This document shows, piece after piece, positions 28,645-37,328 of a DNA stretch of 64,000 nt; position 1 is the stretch's first letter, and every line of letters begins with the position of its first letter. Source of the stretch: an uncultured Armatimonadetes bacterium (GTDB lineage: Bacteria > Armatimonadota > Hebobacteria > Hebobacterales > Hebobacteraceae); contig OY970296.1 of assembly GCA_963716175.1 (NCBI GenBank), positions 1,440,001 to 1,504,000 of the forward strand, read 5' to 3'. The notes beneath the pieces were generated by a model, which worked only from the letters and a program-made list of their open reading frames with translations, was not told the origin of the DNA and searched no databases. The translations under genes and the position numbers were made by a program.

Positions 28645-28665
28645 GCCTGCCGCTATCACCGCGGC

Positions 28666-28750
28666 TGGTGGGCGAGGGGAGACTCGAACTCCCACGGCTT
28701 TCGCCACAGGATCCTAAATCCGGCGCGTCTACCAGTTCCGCCACTCGCCC
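28666..28750 (-). tRNA. tRNA-Leu(TAG)
   Basis: 85 nt with long variable arm, anticodon loop TTTAGGA, GTTCGAGT T-loop, CCA end. Confidence 0.95.
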
Positions 28751-28818
28751 CTTCGGCAAGCGCTTGCCAGGCCCAATGGGCATGGGTTTGGTCAAACGCG
28801 CGGAGTGCCGCGGGGCCT

Positions 28819-28848
28819 ATGATAGCCGCCCGCCGCGCGGGTTGTCAA
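28819..28848 (-). promoter_or_regulatory. Sigma70-like promoter for tRNA-Leu, tRNA-Gly and tig
   Basis: TTGACA-18-TATCAT. Confidence 0.6.
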
Positions 28849-28876
28849 GGCGGCCGGGGGCGTGCCGGGCGGCGGC

Positions 28877-30250
28877 TCACTGCACGATGATCTCGAGGAA
28901 CGGGGCCTCGGGGATTTGGTTGATGGCGTAGACCGGGGTGCGGGCCGAGTTCACGGTCTTCATCACCTGGAGGTAGGAGTAGCTGCCCTCGGTCCAGATG
29001 CGCACGATGCCGTCGGCGGTGGTGCGCAGCTTCTCCAGCTCATTGGGGGGCACCACGTGGGGGCTGACCATGCCCAGCAGCACGGCCTTGGTGTTGCGTA
29101 TGCTCGCGGCCAGGTTAATGAAGGCCCGGTAGCCGACGGACTCGGGAAAAAGCGAGAACAGCCGGGAGAGATCCACCTGCAGCCGGCGGGGACGGCCGCC
29201 CTCGCCCCGAGTTAGCTGGTCCAGCTCGGCCATGAAGCTCTCGGGGGTGAGAGACTCGGCCTTGGTGCCGGCGGCATGAGTCCAGAGGAACTTGGCTTGG
29301 CCTGCCTCCACCTGCCGCTCCAGAGCCTCCTCGAGGCCGGCCGCCTTCATCAGCGCGCGCCAGCGAGACTGCTCGCTGCGCCCCGCGATGCGGATGTAGA
29401 TGTCCCCGGCCGCCAGCGCCTCTTTGGCGAAGCCAGCGTCGAGGATGTCCTGGTGCAGGGTGGAGTCAATCTCCATGAGGTAGAAGCCACCGTACGGGAT
29501 GCCACCTCCCAGCAGGTCGTCGAGCTGGGCAATCCCGGTAGAGACGGACTCCTCGAAGCGGTAGAAGGGCTTCTGGAACGGGGGCAGCACCCTGATCCCG
29601 GTGTCGGTGAAGAAAAAGAGGCTGGGGATGGGGATGTGGGGGGAGCCGCGGCTCTTCATCACCTCCATGAAGCGCATGTGGGAGTTGCCGACGTAAGTGC
29701 GGCTGAGCACGATCAGGGAGTCGGCGACGAACTCTTCCGGCCCGGTGCCCACTTCCTCCTGCTCGCGCAGTTCCCGCAGCAGCATGGCGGTGAGGGATTC
29801 TCTTTTCAGGGCATTGGCGAGACCGTAGACCGATTCCCGGAAGCGGTAGTGATCATGCTCGGCGTCGTGCAGGTGGGTGATGCTGTCCACCACCACGCGG
29901 CGGGCGCTGATCTCGGCGATCATCTCATTCACCAGGCCCTGATCGCGGACGATGTCCTGCTGCAGCACATCGGGGGAGGTGAACAGCACCTTGAGCTTGC
30001 CCTCCTCCTCCAGGCGGCGGAAATCCCAGCCGAAGCTCTCGGCATCCCGGTAGATGCGCTGCGGGAACTCCTCGAAGGTGATGAAAAGGCCCGCCTCCTG
30101 GTACTTGGTGATGCCATTGTAGAGAAACTGCATGCCCAAGCTGGTCTTGCCCGACCCCGGGGAGCCGGCCACCAGCACCGCGTCCCCCTGCAGGAAACCT
30201 CCGCACAGCAGTTGGTCCAGGCCCTCGATCCCTGTTCTCACCCGCTCCAT
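28877..30250 (-). CDS. KaiC-like double RecA-fold ATPase (second domain degenerate)
   Basis: 'TGIEGLDQLL.GG', Walker A GSPGSGKT, 'FEE', 'VVVDS', 'VMKSRGS'; second 'STGIAQLDDLLGGGIP' repeat has no Walker A. Confidence 0.88.
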   Translation of the reverse strand: MERVRTGIEGLDQLLCGGFLQGDAVLVAGSPGSGKTSLGMQFLYNGITKYQEAGLFITFEEFPQRIYRDAESFGWDFRRLEEEGKLKVLFTSPDVLQQDIVRDQGLVNEMIAEISARRVVVDSITHLHDAEHDHYRFRESVYGLANALKRESLTAMLLRELREQEEVGTGPEEFVADSLIVLSRTYVGNSHMRFMEVMKSRGSPHIPIPSLFFFTDTGIRVLPPFQKPFYRFEESVSTGIAQLDDLLGGGIPYGGFYLMEIDSTLHQDILDAGFAKEALAAGDIYIRIAGRSEQSRWRALMKAAGLEEALERQVEAGQAKFLWTHAAGTKAESLTPESFMAELDQLTRGEGGRPRRLQVDLSRLFSLFPESVGYRAFINLAASIRNTKAVLLGMVSPHVVPPNELEKLRTTADGIVRIWTEGSYSYLQVMKTVNSARTPVYAINQIPEAPFLEIIVQ

Positions 30251-30296
30251 GCGCTCATCTCCTCGCTTGCGGTTGCACTTGGCACCGGCCGCGGCG

Positions 30297-30950
30297 CTAA
30301 CGACGCCGCGGCGGGAGGTATCGGTAGACATCAGCGCCCGGGTAGCTGATCTTCTGGATGAAGCGTCGCTGCTCGAGCAGGTCCAGTTCGTTCTGCACCG
30401 TGTCCACCTCCCGGCCCACCCGGAGCGCGATCTGGCGCGCGGTGTTCACAGTGTAGGGGTTGGCCTCGAGAAAAGAGATCAGCTTCTCCAGCCCTCCCAG
30501 GGAGGCGGCCATGCGCCCCAGCTCTCCGCTCACGCGGTAGGTGCGCAGCCCGCGGCGGATGCGATCGGCCAGTTGATGGAGCTTATCGGAGCGGCCGGCG
30601 GCGAGCTTCTGCAGGTCCGTGTCCGGCATGGAGCCGAGTTCGTCCCGCTCTCGCTCGCGCCGGGCGAGGAAGGTCTCCGCCTCCGTCACTGCTCCCTCCA
30701 GGCTATAGCCCTGGTCGAGCGCCTGCTTGATCAGGCAAACTTTCTCGATGGCCGCATAGTCGTAGCTGCGGCTGCCGCTGCGGTCGGCGGGCCGGATGAT
30801 GCCCTTGTCTGTCCAGTAGGAGAGCTGGCGAATCGAGACCCCACACAGATGGGCCGCCTGACCGATCCCCAACTCCAGCCGTTCCAGGAGCTTGCTGAGG
30901 TCTACCGGTCGCACCGCCGCCGCGCTCCGCTCGCGCGCAACCTCTGGCAT
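30297..30950 (-). CDS. MerR-family HTH regulator with a C-terminal wHTH-like region
   Basis: 'IGQAAHLCGVSIRQLSYWTDKGII..RSYD..GYSL'; upstream TTGACG-17-TAGATT (31057-31029). Confidence 0.85.
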   Translation of the reverse strand: MPEVARERSAAAVRPVDLSKLLERLELGIGQAAHLCGVSIRQLSYWTDKGIIRPADRSGSRSYDYAAIEKVCLIKQALDQGYSLEGAVTEAETFLARRERERDELGSMPDTDLQKLAAGRSDKLHQLADRIRRGLRTYRVSGELGRMAASLGGLEKLISFLEANPYTVNTARQIALRVGREVDTVQNELDLLEQRRFIQKISYPGADVYRYLPPRRR

Positions 30951-31220
30951 ATGCTGCCTCCTTGGGTCCCCAGGGGTGCCCTCAGTCTCCCCGCGCCCTT
31001 ACTTCAACAACGATACCAGCGTGTGGCAAATCTAGCACGCGACTGTGCCCCCGTCAATACATGGTTGGTCCCTAATTTCGCCACGCTGGTCCAGAAGGTC
31101 CTGCTGCGATGTCGTTCGCACATGCCACAGGTGGCAGCCGCCTGGCAGGAAGGAGCCAGCGCCGCGAGAACGCCCCGTCACCGCCCGCTGGGGCGAGACC
31201 ATCGAGGGAGGTGGCTTCCC

Positions 31221-31760
31221 TTGCTGAACTGGCATCCGTCGTTCATGCTCAACGCGCACCCGCTCTTCGTGCACTATCCCATCGCTCTTTGGACGGCGCC
31301 CATCATCCTGGTTGTGCTCGGGCTCATCTTCCGCAAGCCCTGGCTGGAGACCGCGGGCGCGGCCGCCCTGGTGCTGGGAACCGCACTGGCCTTCGTCACC
31401 GCGGGCACCGGGCTGCATGCGGCCTGGACCGCGCCGCACCCGGAGGCCGCCCACGAGATCCTGGAGGACCACGAGACGCTGGCGTTCACCTCCTTCGGCC
31501 TGGCCGCGGTGCTCTCGATCTGGCGCCTCGCGTTCTGGCAGCGGTCGGGCCGGCTGCACTTCCTCTTCCCCGTCGCGCTGCTGGCGCTGTTCGTGCTGGT
31601 TTCCTTCACCGGCGACCGGGGCGGCCGGCTGGTCTATCGCTTCGGCGTGGGCACCACCGCGGTCAAGCTGCCGAGCGAGTGGAGCCACGAGTACGAGGTG
31701 ACGCACGGCGAGAAGGCGGGGCATCCGGCGCAGCCCGAGCCGCCTGCCCAGCATAGGTGA
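31221..31760 (+). CDS. DUF2231-like membrane protein
   Basis: 'HPLFVHYPIAL', 'TAGTG', 'H', 'GG.LVY.FGVG'; four TM helices. Confidence 0.8.
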   Translation: MLNWHPSFMLNAHPLFVHYPIALWTAPIILVVLGLIFRKPWLETAGAAALVLGTALAFVTAGTGLHAAWTAPHPEAAHEILEDHETLAFTSFGLAAVLSIWRLAFWQRSGRLHFLFPVALLALFVLVSFTGDRGGRLVYRFGVGTTAVKLPSEWSHEYEVTHGEKAGHPAQPEPPAQHR

Positions 31761-31916
31761 TGACGAGGATGGCAAGGCACTAGCCGCTGGGGGACAGGGA
31801 GGAGCCGAGCCGGGCCTGCGCCAGCGGTTTACAGAGACTTGCGACGGGGCTATACTCGTACTGCAATGGATGTGGTGTCATACAGCGAGTAGGCGCTGAG
31901 TGGCTGGGCGGAGAGC

Positions 31917-32285
31917 ATGATGGGGCAGAAGGCTGAACGAATCGCATATCCACTAACCTTTCTTCTCCGGCGAGAAGGCGGGCAGTGGTCTTCGCTGGCC
32001 TGCGAGGTAGATGTGGCTTCTTGCGGGGAAACTCTGGAGGAAGCTCGGGAAGGCCTGAAGGAGGCGGTTGGGCTTTACATCTCGGCGATGTTGGAGGAGG
32101 GCAAGAGGGACAGCATCGCCAGGCCTGTGCCGCAGGATGCGCTTCGCGAGTTTATGGCCGAGGGAGACGAGGCCCCGCGCATTGAGTACTATACGCTGAT
32201 CGTCGTACCCGTCCCTGACATGGAGATGGAGTTCGTTCCCTCCGAACTGGCTCCGGCCGGCTCCAGTCTAGCTGCTGCGCACTAG
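31917..32285 (+). CDS. hicB: HicB-family antitoxin
   Basis: 'DVASCGETLEEAREGLKEAVGLY'; promoter TTTACA-17-TATACT (31828-31856). Confidence 0.85.
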   Translation: MMGQKAERIAYPLTFLLRREGGQWSSLACEVDVASCGETLEEAREGLKEAVGLYISAMLEEGKRDSIARPVPQDALREFMAEGDEAPRIEYYTLIVVPVPDMEMEFVPSELAPAGSSLAAAH

Positions 32286-32286
32286 C

Positions 32287-32520
32287 GTGGCCCGCTTCCC
32301 AGGGCGATCCTCTCGACAGATAGAGGAGCTGCTGCTGCACTTCCAGTTCCGGCTGGTTCGGACCAGGGGCGGCCACAACCTCTGGGCCCCGCTGTGGCCG
32401 GGCAAGCCGGTGCCCGTCCCGCGCAACAGGCGGAGCATGCCGGGTGGCACGGTGCAGTCCATTCTCCGTCAGGCCGGCATCTCGCGGGCCCAGGCGCTCG
32501 ACTTCTGGGGAATCCACTGA
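32287..32520 (+). CDS. hicA: HicA-family toxin
   Basis: 'F.LVRTRGGH..VPVP..MPGGTVQSILRQAGIS'. Confidence 0.85.
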   Translation: MARFPGRSSRQIEELLLHFQFRLVRTRGGHNLWAPLWPGKPVPVPRNRRSMPGGTVQSILRQAGISRAQALDFWGIH

Positions 32521-32687
32521 TGCATCTGATCGCCCCGAGGACGAGGCCGCCACAAGGCTCTCGCCTATCTCGACGCAACTGACGGTCGCACTCGCCCATC
32601 CCCGCGGCAGGAAGCCGCTTGACCGACTGGCCCTCGCCTGCGACACTTAGGGCCGCCAGCAGGCGGATCGTTAGGCGGGGGGCGCGG

Positions 32688-35117
32688 TTGAAGGACTTCT
32701 TCATCAGTTACAACAAGGCCGATCGGGAGTGGGCGGAGTGGATTGCCTGGCACCTTGAGGAGGCGGGATACACCACGGTTCTCCAGGCCTGGGATTTCCG
32801 GCCGGGGTCGAACATCGCTCTGAAGATGCACCGCGCCAGCGAAGAAGCCCATCGCACTATCGCGGTGCTGTCTGATGATTACCTGGAAGCGGTCTACACC
32901 CAGCCGGAATGGGCCGCGGCCTTCTGGGCGGACCCCACGGGCGAGAAGGGCACACTACTGCCAGTGCGGGTCCGCACATGCAAGCCGAAGGGCCTGCTAG
33001 GCCCAATCCGCTACATAGACCTCGTGGGGATCGAGGAAGACGCGGCCAGGGAGGCACTGCTCGCGGGAGTTGAGCGAGATAGACCTAAGCCGGCAGTAAG
33101 GCCGGCCTTCCCTGCGGGTGCGGAGCGTTCGCTGGCGGAGCGGCCTGGCTTCCCGGGCGCGCTGCCAGCGGTCTGGAACGTCCCCCACCCCCGCAATCCC
33201 AACTTCACAGGCCGGCAAGGTCTGCTCGAGGCCATCCGAGAGGTGCTGGCCAGGGGGCAGCAGGCCGCGCTGACACAGGCGATTGTGGGGCTGGGCGGAG
33301 TGGGCAAGACCCAGCTCGCGCTGGAGTACGCGTATCGCCATGCGGAAGACTACTCAGTGGTGTGGTGGGCGCGGTCGGAGGAGCCGCCGCAGTTGGCCTG
33401 GGACTACGCCGCGCTCGCCGGCCCGCTGAAGCTCCCGCAAAGAGATGAGGCCGACCAGCGAGCGGCCGTCGAGGCCGTGCGGCGGTGGCTGGGGGGGAAT
33501 GCGGGCTGGCTGCTGATCTTCGACAACGCGCCCAACTTGGCGGCGGTCTATGAGTACCTGCCGCGAGGAGGCGCAGGCCACGTGCTGATTACCTCCCGCG
33601 ACCCTAGCTGGGGAGGAGTGGCGAGGCCGGTTTCTGTGCCCGAGTTCGCGCGGAGCGAGTCGGTTGAGTTCTTCCGTCGGCGCACCGGGCGGGAGGAGGG
33701 CGCGGCCGAGGTGGCCGAGGCCCTCGGGGACCTCCCTCTGGCCCTGGAGCAGGCGGCGGCCTATGTCGAGGCGACGGGCATCACCCTGGCCGGTTACCTG
33801 GCGCTGTTCCAAAGTCGCCGGAGTGAGCTCTGGGGGAAGGAGCGAGCGCCGCAGGCCTATTCCCAGACAGTGGCCACCACCTGGGCCCTGGGGATGGACC
33901 AAGTGCAGCAGCAATGCCCGCCTGCCGCGGACCTGCTGAATCTGTGCGCCTACCTGGGGCCGGATGACATTCCGCTGTCCCTGCTGCGAGAGGTAGCCGG
34001 GCATCTGCGGGCGCGCCTGGCCAAGGCTGCGCTTGATCCGCTGCTGCTCAACGAGGCGGTGGCCGCGCTGCGGCGCTACTCGCTGGTTCGGCTGGAGGGG
34101 GAAACCCTCTCAGTCCACCGGCTGGTGCAAGCGGTGACGCGGGACCGGCTGGGGCAGAAAGCAAGGCCGGAGTGGGCGGCAACGGCCGTGCGAGTGGTCA
34201 ACCAGGCCTTCCCCTTTGAGAGCGATGAAGTCGGAACCTGGCCGGAGTGCGCTCGTCTGCTGCCGCACGCTCTCGCCGCGGCGGGACATGCCGCCGATCT
34301 GGAGGTCGTCAGCGAAGACACCGGCCGCCTCCTCAACCGGACAGGGGGGTACCTCTGGGGCCGCGGCGAGTTCGGGGAGGCGCGGCGGTGCTGTGACCGG
34401 GCGCTAGCCATCAGTGAGAAGGCCTATGGGCCCGACCATCCCGCGGTGGCGGCGGGCCTGAACAACCTGGCCGCTGTGCTTCGGGCCCAGGGCGACCTGG
34501 CTGGGGCGCGGGCGCGCTGTGAGCGGGCGCTGGCCATTGATGAGAGGGTCTATGGGCCCCAGCGTCCAATGGTGGCGATCCGGCTGAACAACCTGGCCGG
34601 TGTGCTTCAGGCCCAGGGCGACCTGGCCGGGGCGCGGGGGTGCCTGGAGCGGGCGCTGGCCACTAGTGAGAAGGCCTATGGGCCCGAGCATCCGGACGTC
34701 GCGATCCGGCTGAGCAACTTGGGCACGGTGCTTCAGGACCTGAGGGACCTGGCCGGGGCGCGGGAGCGCCATGAGCGGGCGCTGGCCATTGATGAGAAGG
34801 TCTATGGGCCCGGGCATCCAACCGTGGCGATCCGGCTGAACAACCTGGGCAATGCGCTTCAGGCCCAGGGCGACCTGGCCGCGGCGCGGGAGCGCTATGA
34901 GCGAGCGCTGGCCATTAGCGAGAAGGTCTATGGGCCCGAGCATCCGCAGGTGGCGGGCGAGCTCAACAACCTCGCCGGCGTGCTTCGGGCCCACGGCGAC
35001 CTGGCCGGGGCGCGAGAGCGCCTGGAGCGGGCGCTGCGGATCTGCACTGCCTTCCTGGGCGAGGACCACCCGAGAACCAGGATCGTCCGAGCTAACCTGG
35101 CGTCTCTGGGTTCATAG
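32688..35117 (+). CDS. TIR - NB-ARC (STAND) - TPR protein (bacterial NLR-like)
   Basis: TIR 'DFFISYN.ADR.WAEWI..YTQPEW'; Walker A GLGGVGKT; Walker B 'WLLIFDNA'; 'LPLALEQA'; 42-aa TPRs 'YGP.HP.VA..LNNL'. Confidence 0.93.
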   Translation: MKDFFISYNKADREWAEWIAWHLEEAGYTTVLQAWDFRPGSNIALKMHRASEEAHRTIAVLSDDYLEAVYTQPEWAAAFWADPTGEKGTLLPVRVRTCKPKGLLGPIRYIDLVGIEEDAAREALLAGVERDRPKPAVRPAFPAGAERSLAERPGFPGALPAVWNVPHPRNPNFTGRQGLLEAIREVLARGQQAALTQAIVGLGGVGKTQLALEYAYRHAEDYSVVWWARSEEPPQLAWDYAALAGPLKLPQRDEADQRAAVEAVRRWLGGNAGWLLIFDNAPNLAAVYEYLPRGGAGHVLITSRDPSWGGVARPVSVPEFARSESVEFFRRRTGREEGAAEVAEALGDLPLALEQAAAYVEATGITLAGYLALFQSRRSELWGKERAPQAYSQTVATTWALGMDQVQQQCPPAADLLNLCAYLGPDDIPLSLLREVAGHLRARLAKAALDPLLLNEAVAALRRYSLVRLEGETLSVHRLVQAVTRDRLGQKARPEWAATAVRVVNQAFPFESDEVGTWPECARLLPHALAAAGHAADLEVVSEDTGRLLNRTGGYLWGRGEFGEARRCCDRALAISEKAYGPDHPAVAAGLNNLAAVLRAQGDLAGARARCERALAIDERVYGPQRPMVAIRLNNLAGVLQAQGDLAGARGCLERALATSEKAYGPEHPDVAIRLSNLGTVLQDLRDLAGARERHERALAIDEKVYGPGHPTVAIRLNNLGNALQAQGDLAAARERYERALAISEKVYGPEHPQVAGELNNLAGVLRAHGDLAGARERLERALRICTAFLGEDHPRTRIVRANLASLGS

Positions 35118-35476
35118 GGTGGCGGGCGCACGCGTGCCCGCGGCACAGATTCTATGCTGAATGTGGCGCGATTGCGCCGTCTCTGTGCACCATAAAAAGC
35201 AAGCAATTTCCTAGCTTTTCCGCCAAAGGTCTTGACAGCGCCTGCTATAATAGAGCTGGCAGCGTGGCCAGATCAGCCTTGGGCTGACCGCTGGCTGGGC
35301 CGGCAGAGCCGGCCGCCATCCCGGCCCTATCGGGCCTAGGGACATCCCGGCCGCCCGAAAGGGCGGACCCAGGGATCTGGAGGTTTGCCCGCCCCTGGTG
35401 GGGAGGCTGCCTCGCTGTTTGCTCAGTTGCATCCGCCGCCCTCGCACCACCGCAGAGAACACGTCGGGGGAGAGCT

Positions 35477-36022
35477 ATGGCCAGCCGATCCAAAGCAGAG
35501 ACCGCAGCCCTGAGGGCAAGGGCGCAGCAGTTGCGCCAGGCAGGCCGTTCGGTGCGGGAAGTGGCGGAGGCGGTGGGGGCGCCGCAGAGCACTGTCCGCC
35601 GCTGGTTGGGAGCCGGGCCGGGCCGGGGCAAAGGGGCCGGGGCGAAGCACCCGGCGGAGGCGATGGCGGAGATGCTGCGGGCGGAGATCCCGGCGGTGAC
35701 GCGGGTGCTGCTGGATCTGGCGAAGGGTGGAGATGTGCGCGCGGCCGGGCTGGTGATGAAGCTGCTGGGCACTCAGCTCTGCCCGGAGGAGAGCGATGCG
35801 GGGGAGTCCGAGGCTGACGCTTCCGACCTGGAGCAAGAGCTCAGCACGCTGCCGGCCGACATCGCTGCCGAGATTGTGGGCTTACTGGCGCAGGCTCAAT
35901 CCGAGGCGACAGGCGGAGCTGGCGCGCCAGGCCGGGCGCCGGATGGGCGAGGGGGACGATCCCGCCGCCTACCTTGGCAGGCGGAGGATCATCCATCCGA
36001 CGAGGGGGCGGATTCGCTTTAG
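35477..36022 (+). CDS. HTH protein, probable terminase small subunit
   Basis: 'GRSVREVAEAVGAPQSTVRRW', 'GDVRAA'; lies upstream of and overlaps the large terminase. Confidence 0.7.
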   Translation: MASRSKAETAALRARAQQLRQAGRSVREVAEAVGAPQSTVRRWLGAGPGRGKGAGAKHPAEAMAEMLRAEIPAVTRVLLDLAKGGDVRAAGLVMKLLGTQLCPEESDAGESEADASDLEQELSTLPADIAAEIVGLLAQAQSEATGGAGAPGRAPDGRGGRSRRLPWQAEDHPSDEGADSL

Positions 36023-37262
36023 CCTTTACCCCTATCAGCGCCGGCTGCTGAGCTCTGCGGCGCCGCAGCGCATCATCGTCAAGGCCCGGCAGGTGGGCGT
36101 CTCCCAGCTGATCGCGGGCGAGGCGCTCTTCCTCGCCAGGCAATTCGAGGGAGTGACGGTGCTGTTCGTCAGCCGCAATCTGCCGGCCGCCCAGCACTTG
36201 CAGCGCATGGTCTACCAACTGATGGACTCGGACCCGAGCGGGCCGCCGGCAGTGCGCAGGAGTGAGACCGATCTGCAACTGGGCAACTACTCCGCGATCC
36301 GCAGCCTCCCGGCGACCGAGGACACCGGGCGCACCTTCGCCGCCACCGCGGTGTATCTGGATGAGTTCGCCCATATGCCGTGGGCGGATCGCATCTACCA
36401 GGCGATCGCGCCCTGCGCCGCCCGCGGGGGGCGAGTGACCGTGGTCTCGACGCCGCGGGGCAAGGCGAGTCCGTTCTACCGGCTCTGGCAGGAGAGCGGG
36501 CTGGGTTTGCGGCCGTTCCAGCGCGTGCGCATCCACTGGGCGGACTGCCCGGAGTACAACCCCGATGGGTTTCATCTCCGCGATCCGGAGGAGCGGCGGC
36601 GGGTCGGGGAGGAGGGAGCATGGTATCGGGGGCAGCGGCCCCGGTTCACCGATGAGCAGTGGGCCCAGGAGTACGAGTGCGACTTCGTGGGGTCGGCGGC
36701 CCTGGTCTACCGGGAGTTCGACCCGGAGCTGCACGTGGGCGAGTTCGCCTATCACCCGGGCTGGCCGGCTTACGCGGGCCAGGACTTCGGGTATGTCAAC
36801 CCCTCGGTGGCGCTGCTGATTCAGGTGAGTCCGTCCGAGGAGGTGTTCGTCTTCGCCGAGCACTATCACAGCAATCGCTCGCTGGCCTCACTGGCCCGCG
36901 AGGTCTACCGGCCCGCCTGCGAGAGATATGGGGTGCGCACCTGGTATTGCGACCCCTCCGGGCGGGCGGAGATGGCGGAGCTGCGGGCGGCCGGCATCCC
37001 GGCCGTGGGCCGGCGCTCGACCATTGACGAGGGAGTGCTCGCCATCCGCAAGCTGCTGCGACCCGCGGGCGGAGAGGCGCCGCGGCTGCACATCGCCCGC
37101 GGCTGCACTCGGCTGATCGCGGAGCTGAGCAGCTACGCTTACCGCGAGGAATCCGACAGCGTGGCGAAAGATCAGAGCGATCACGGGCCGGACGCGCTGC
37201 GCTATTTCGTGGTGAATCACTGGTCGGGCGCGGTGGATGCGGAGTGGATGAGTCTGCGCTGA
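35943..37262 (+). CDS. Phage terminase large subunit
   Basis: 'L.PYQ', 'KARQVGVS', 'VYLDEFAH', 'VSTPRG'; nuclease motifs 'QDFGY', 'CDPS', 'DHGPDALRY'. Confidence 0.92.
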   Translation: MGEGDDPAAYLGRRRIIHPTRGRIRFSLYPYQRRLLSSAAPQRIIVKARQVGVSQLIAGEALFLARQFEGVTVLFVSRNLPAAQHLQRMVYQLMDSDPSGPPAVRRSETDLQLGNYSAIRSLPATEDTGRTFAATAVYLDEFAHMPWADRIYQAIAPCAARGGRVTVVSTPRGKASPFYRLWQESGLGLRPFQRVRIHWADCPEYNPDGFHLRDPEERRRVGEEGAWYRGQRPRFTDEQWAQEYECDFVGSAALVYREFDPELHVGEFAYHPGWPAYAGQDFGYVNPSVALLIQVSPSEEVFVFAEHYHSNRSLASLAREVYRPACERYGVRTWYCDPSGRAEMAELRAAGIPAVGRRSTIDEGVLAIRKLLRPAGGEAPRLHIARGCTRLIAELSSYAYREESDSVAKDQSDHGPDALRYFVVNHWSGAVDAEWMSLR

Positions 37263-37328
37263 CGGGAAACGGCGTTGATCCGCAGATTACGCAGATTGCC
37301 CAGATGAAAAGGCACGCTGAGGTGGACG

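Noticed and set aside
28877-30250. Circadian clock kaiC
   Set aside because: No kaiA or kaiB, and the second domain lacks Walker A
30132-31220. 5' extension of the 542-aa ORF
   Set aside because: It is antisense to the MerR and KaiC-like genes; only the last 179 aa (DUF2231-like, with its own RBS) look real
35232-35251. TTGACA...TATAAT as a canonical -35/-10 pair
   Set aside because: The spacer is only 8 bp; only the extended -10 is supportable
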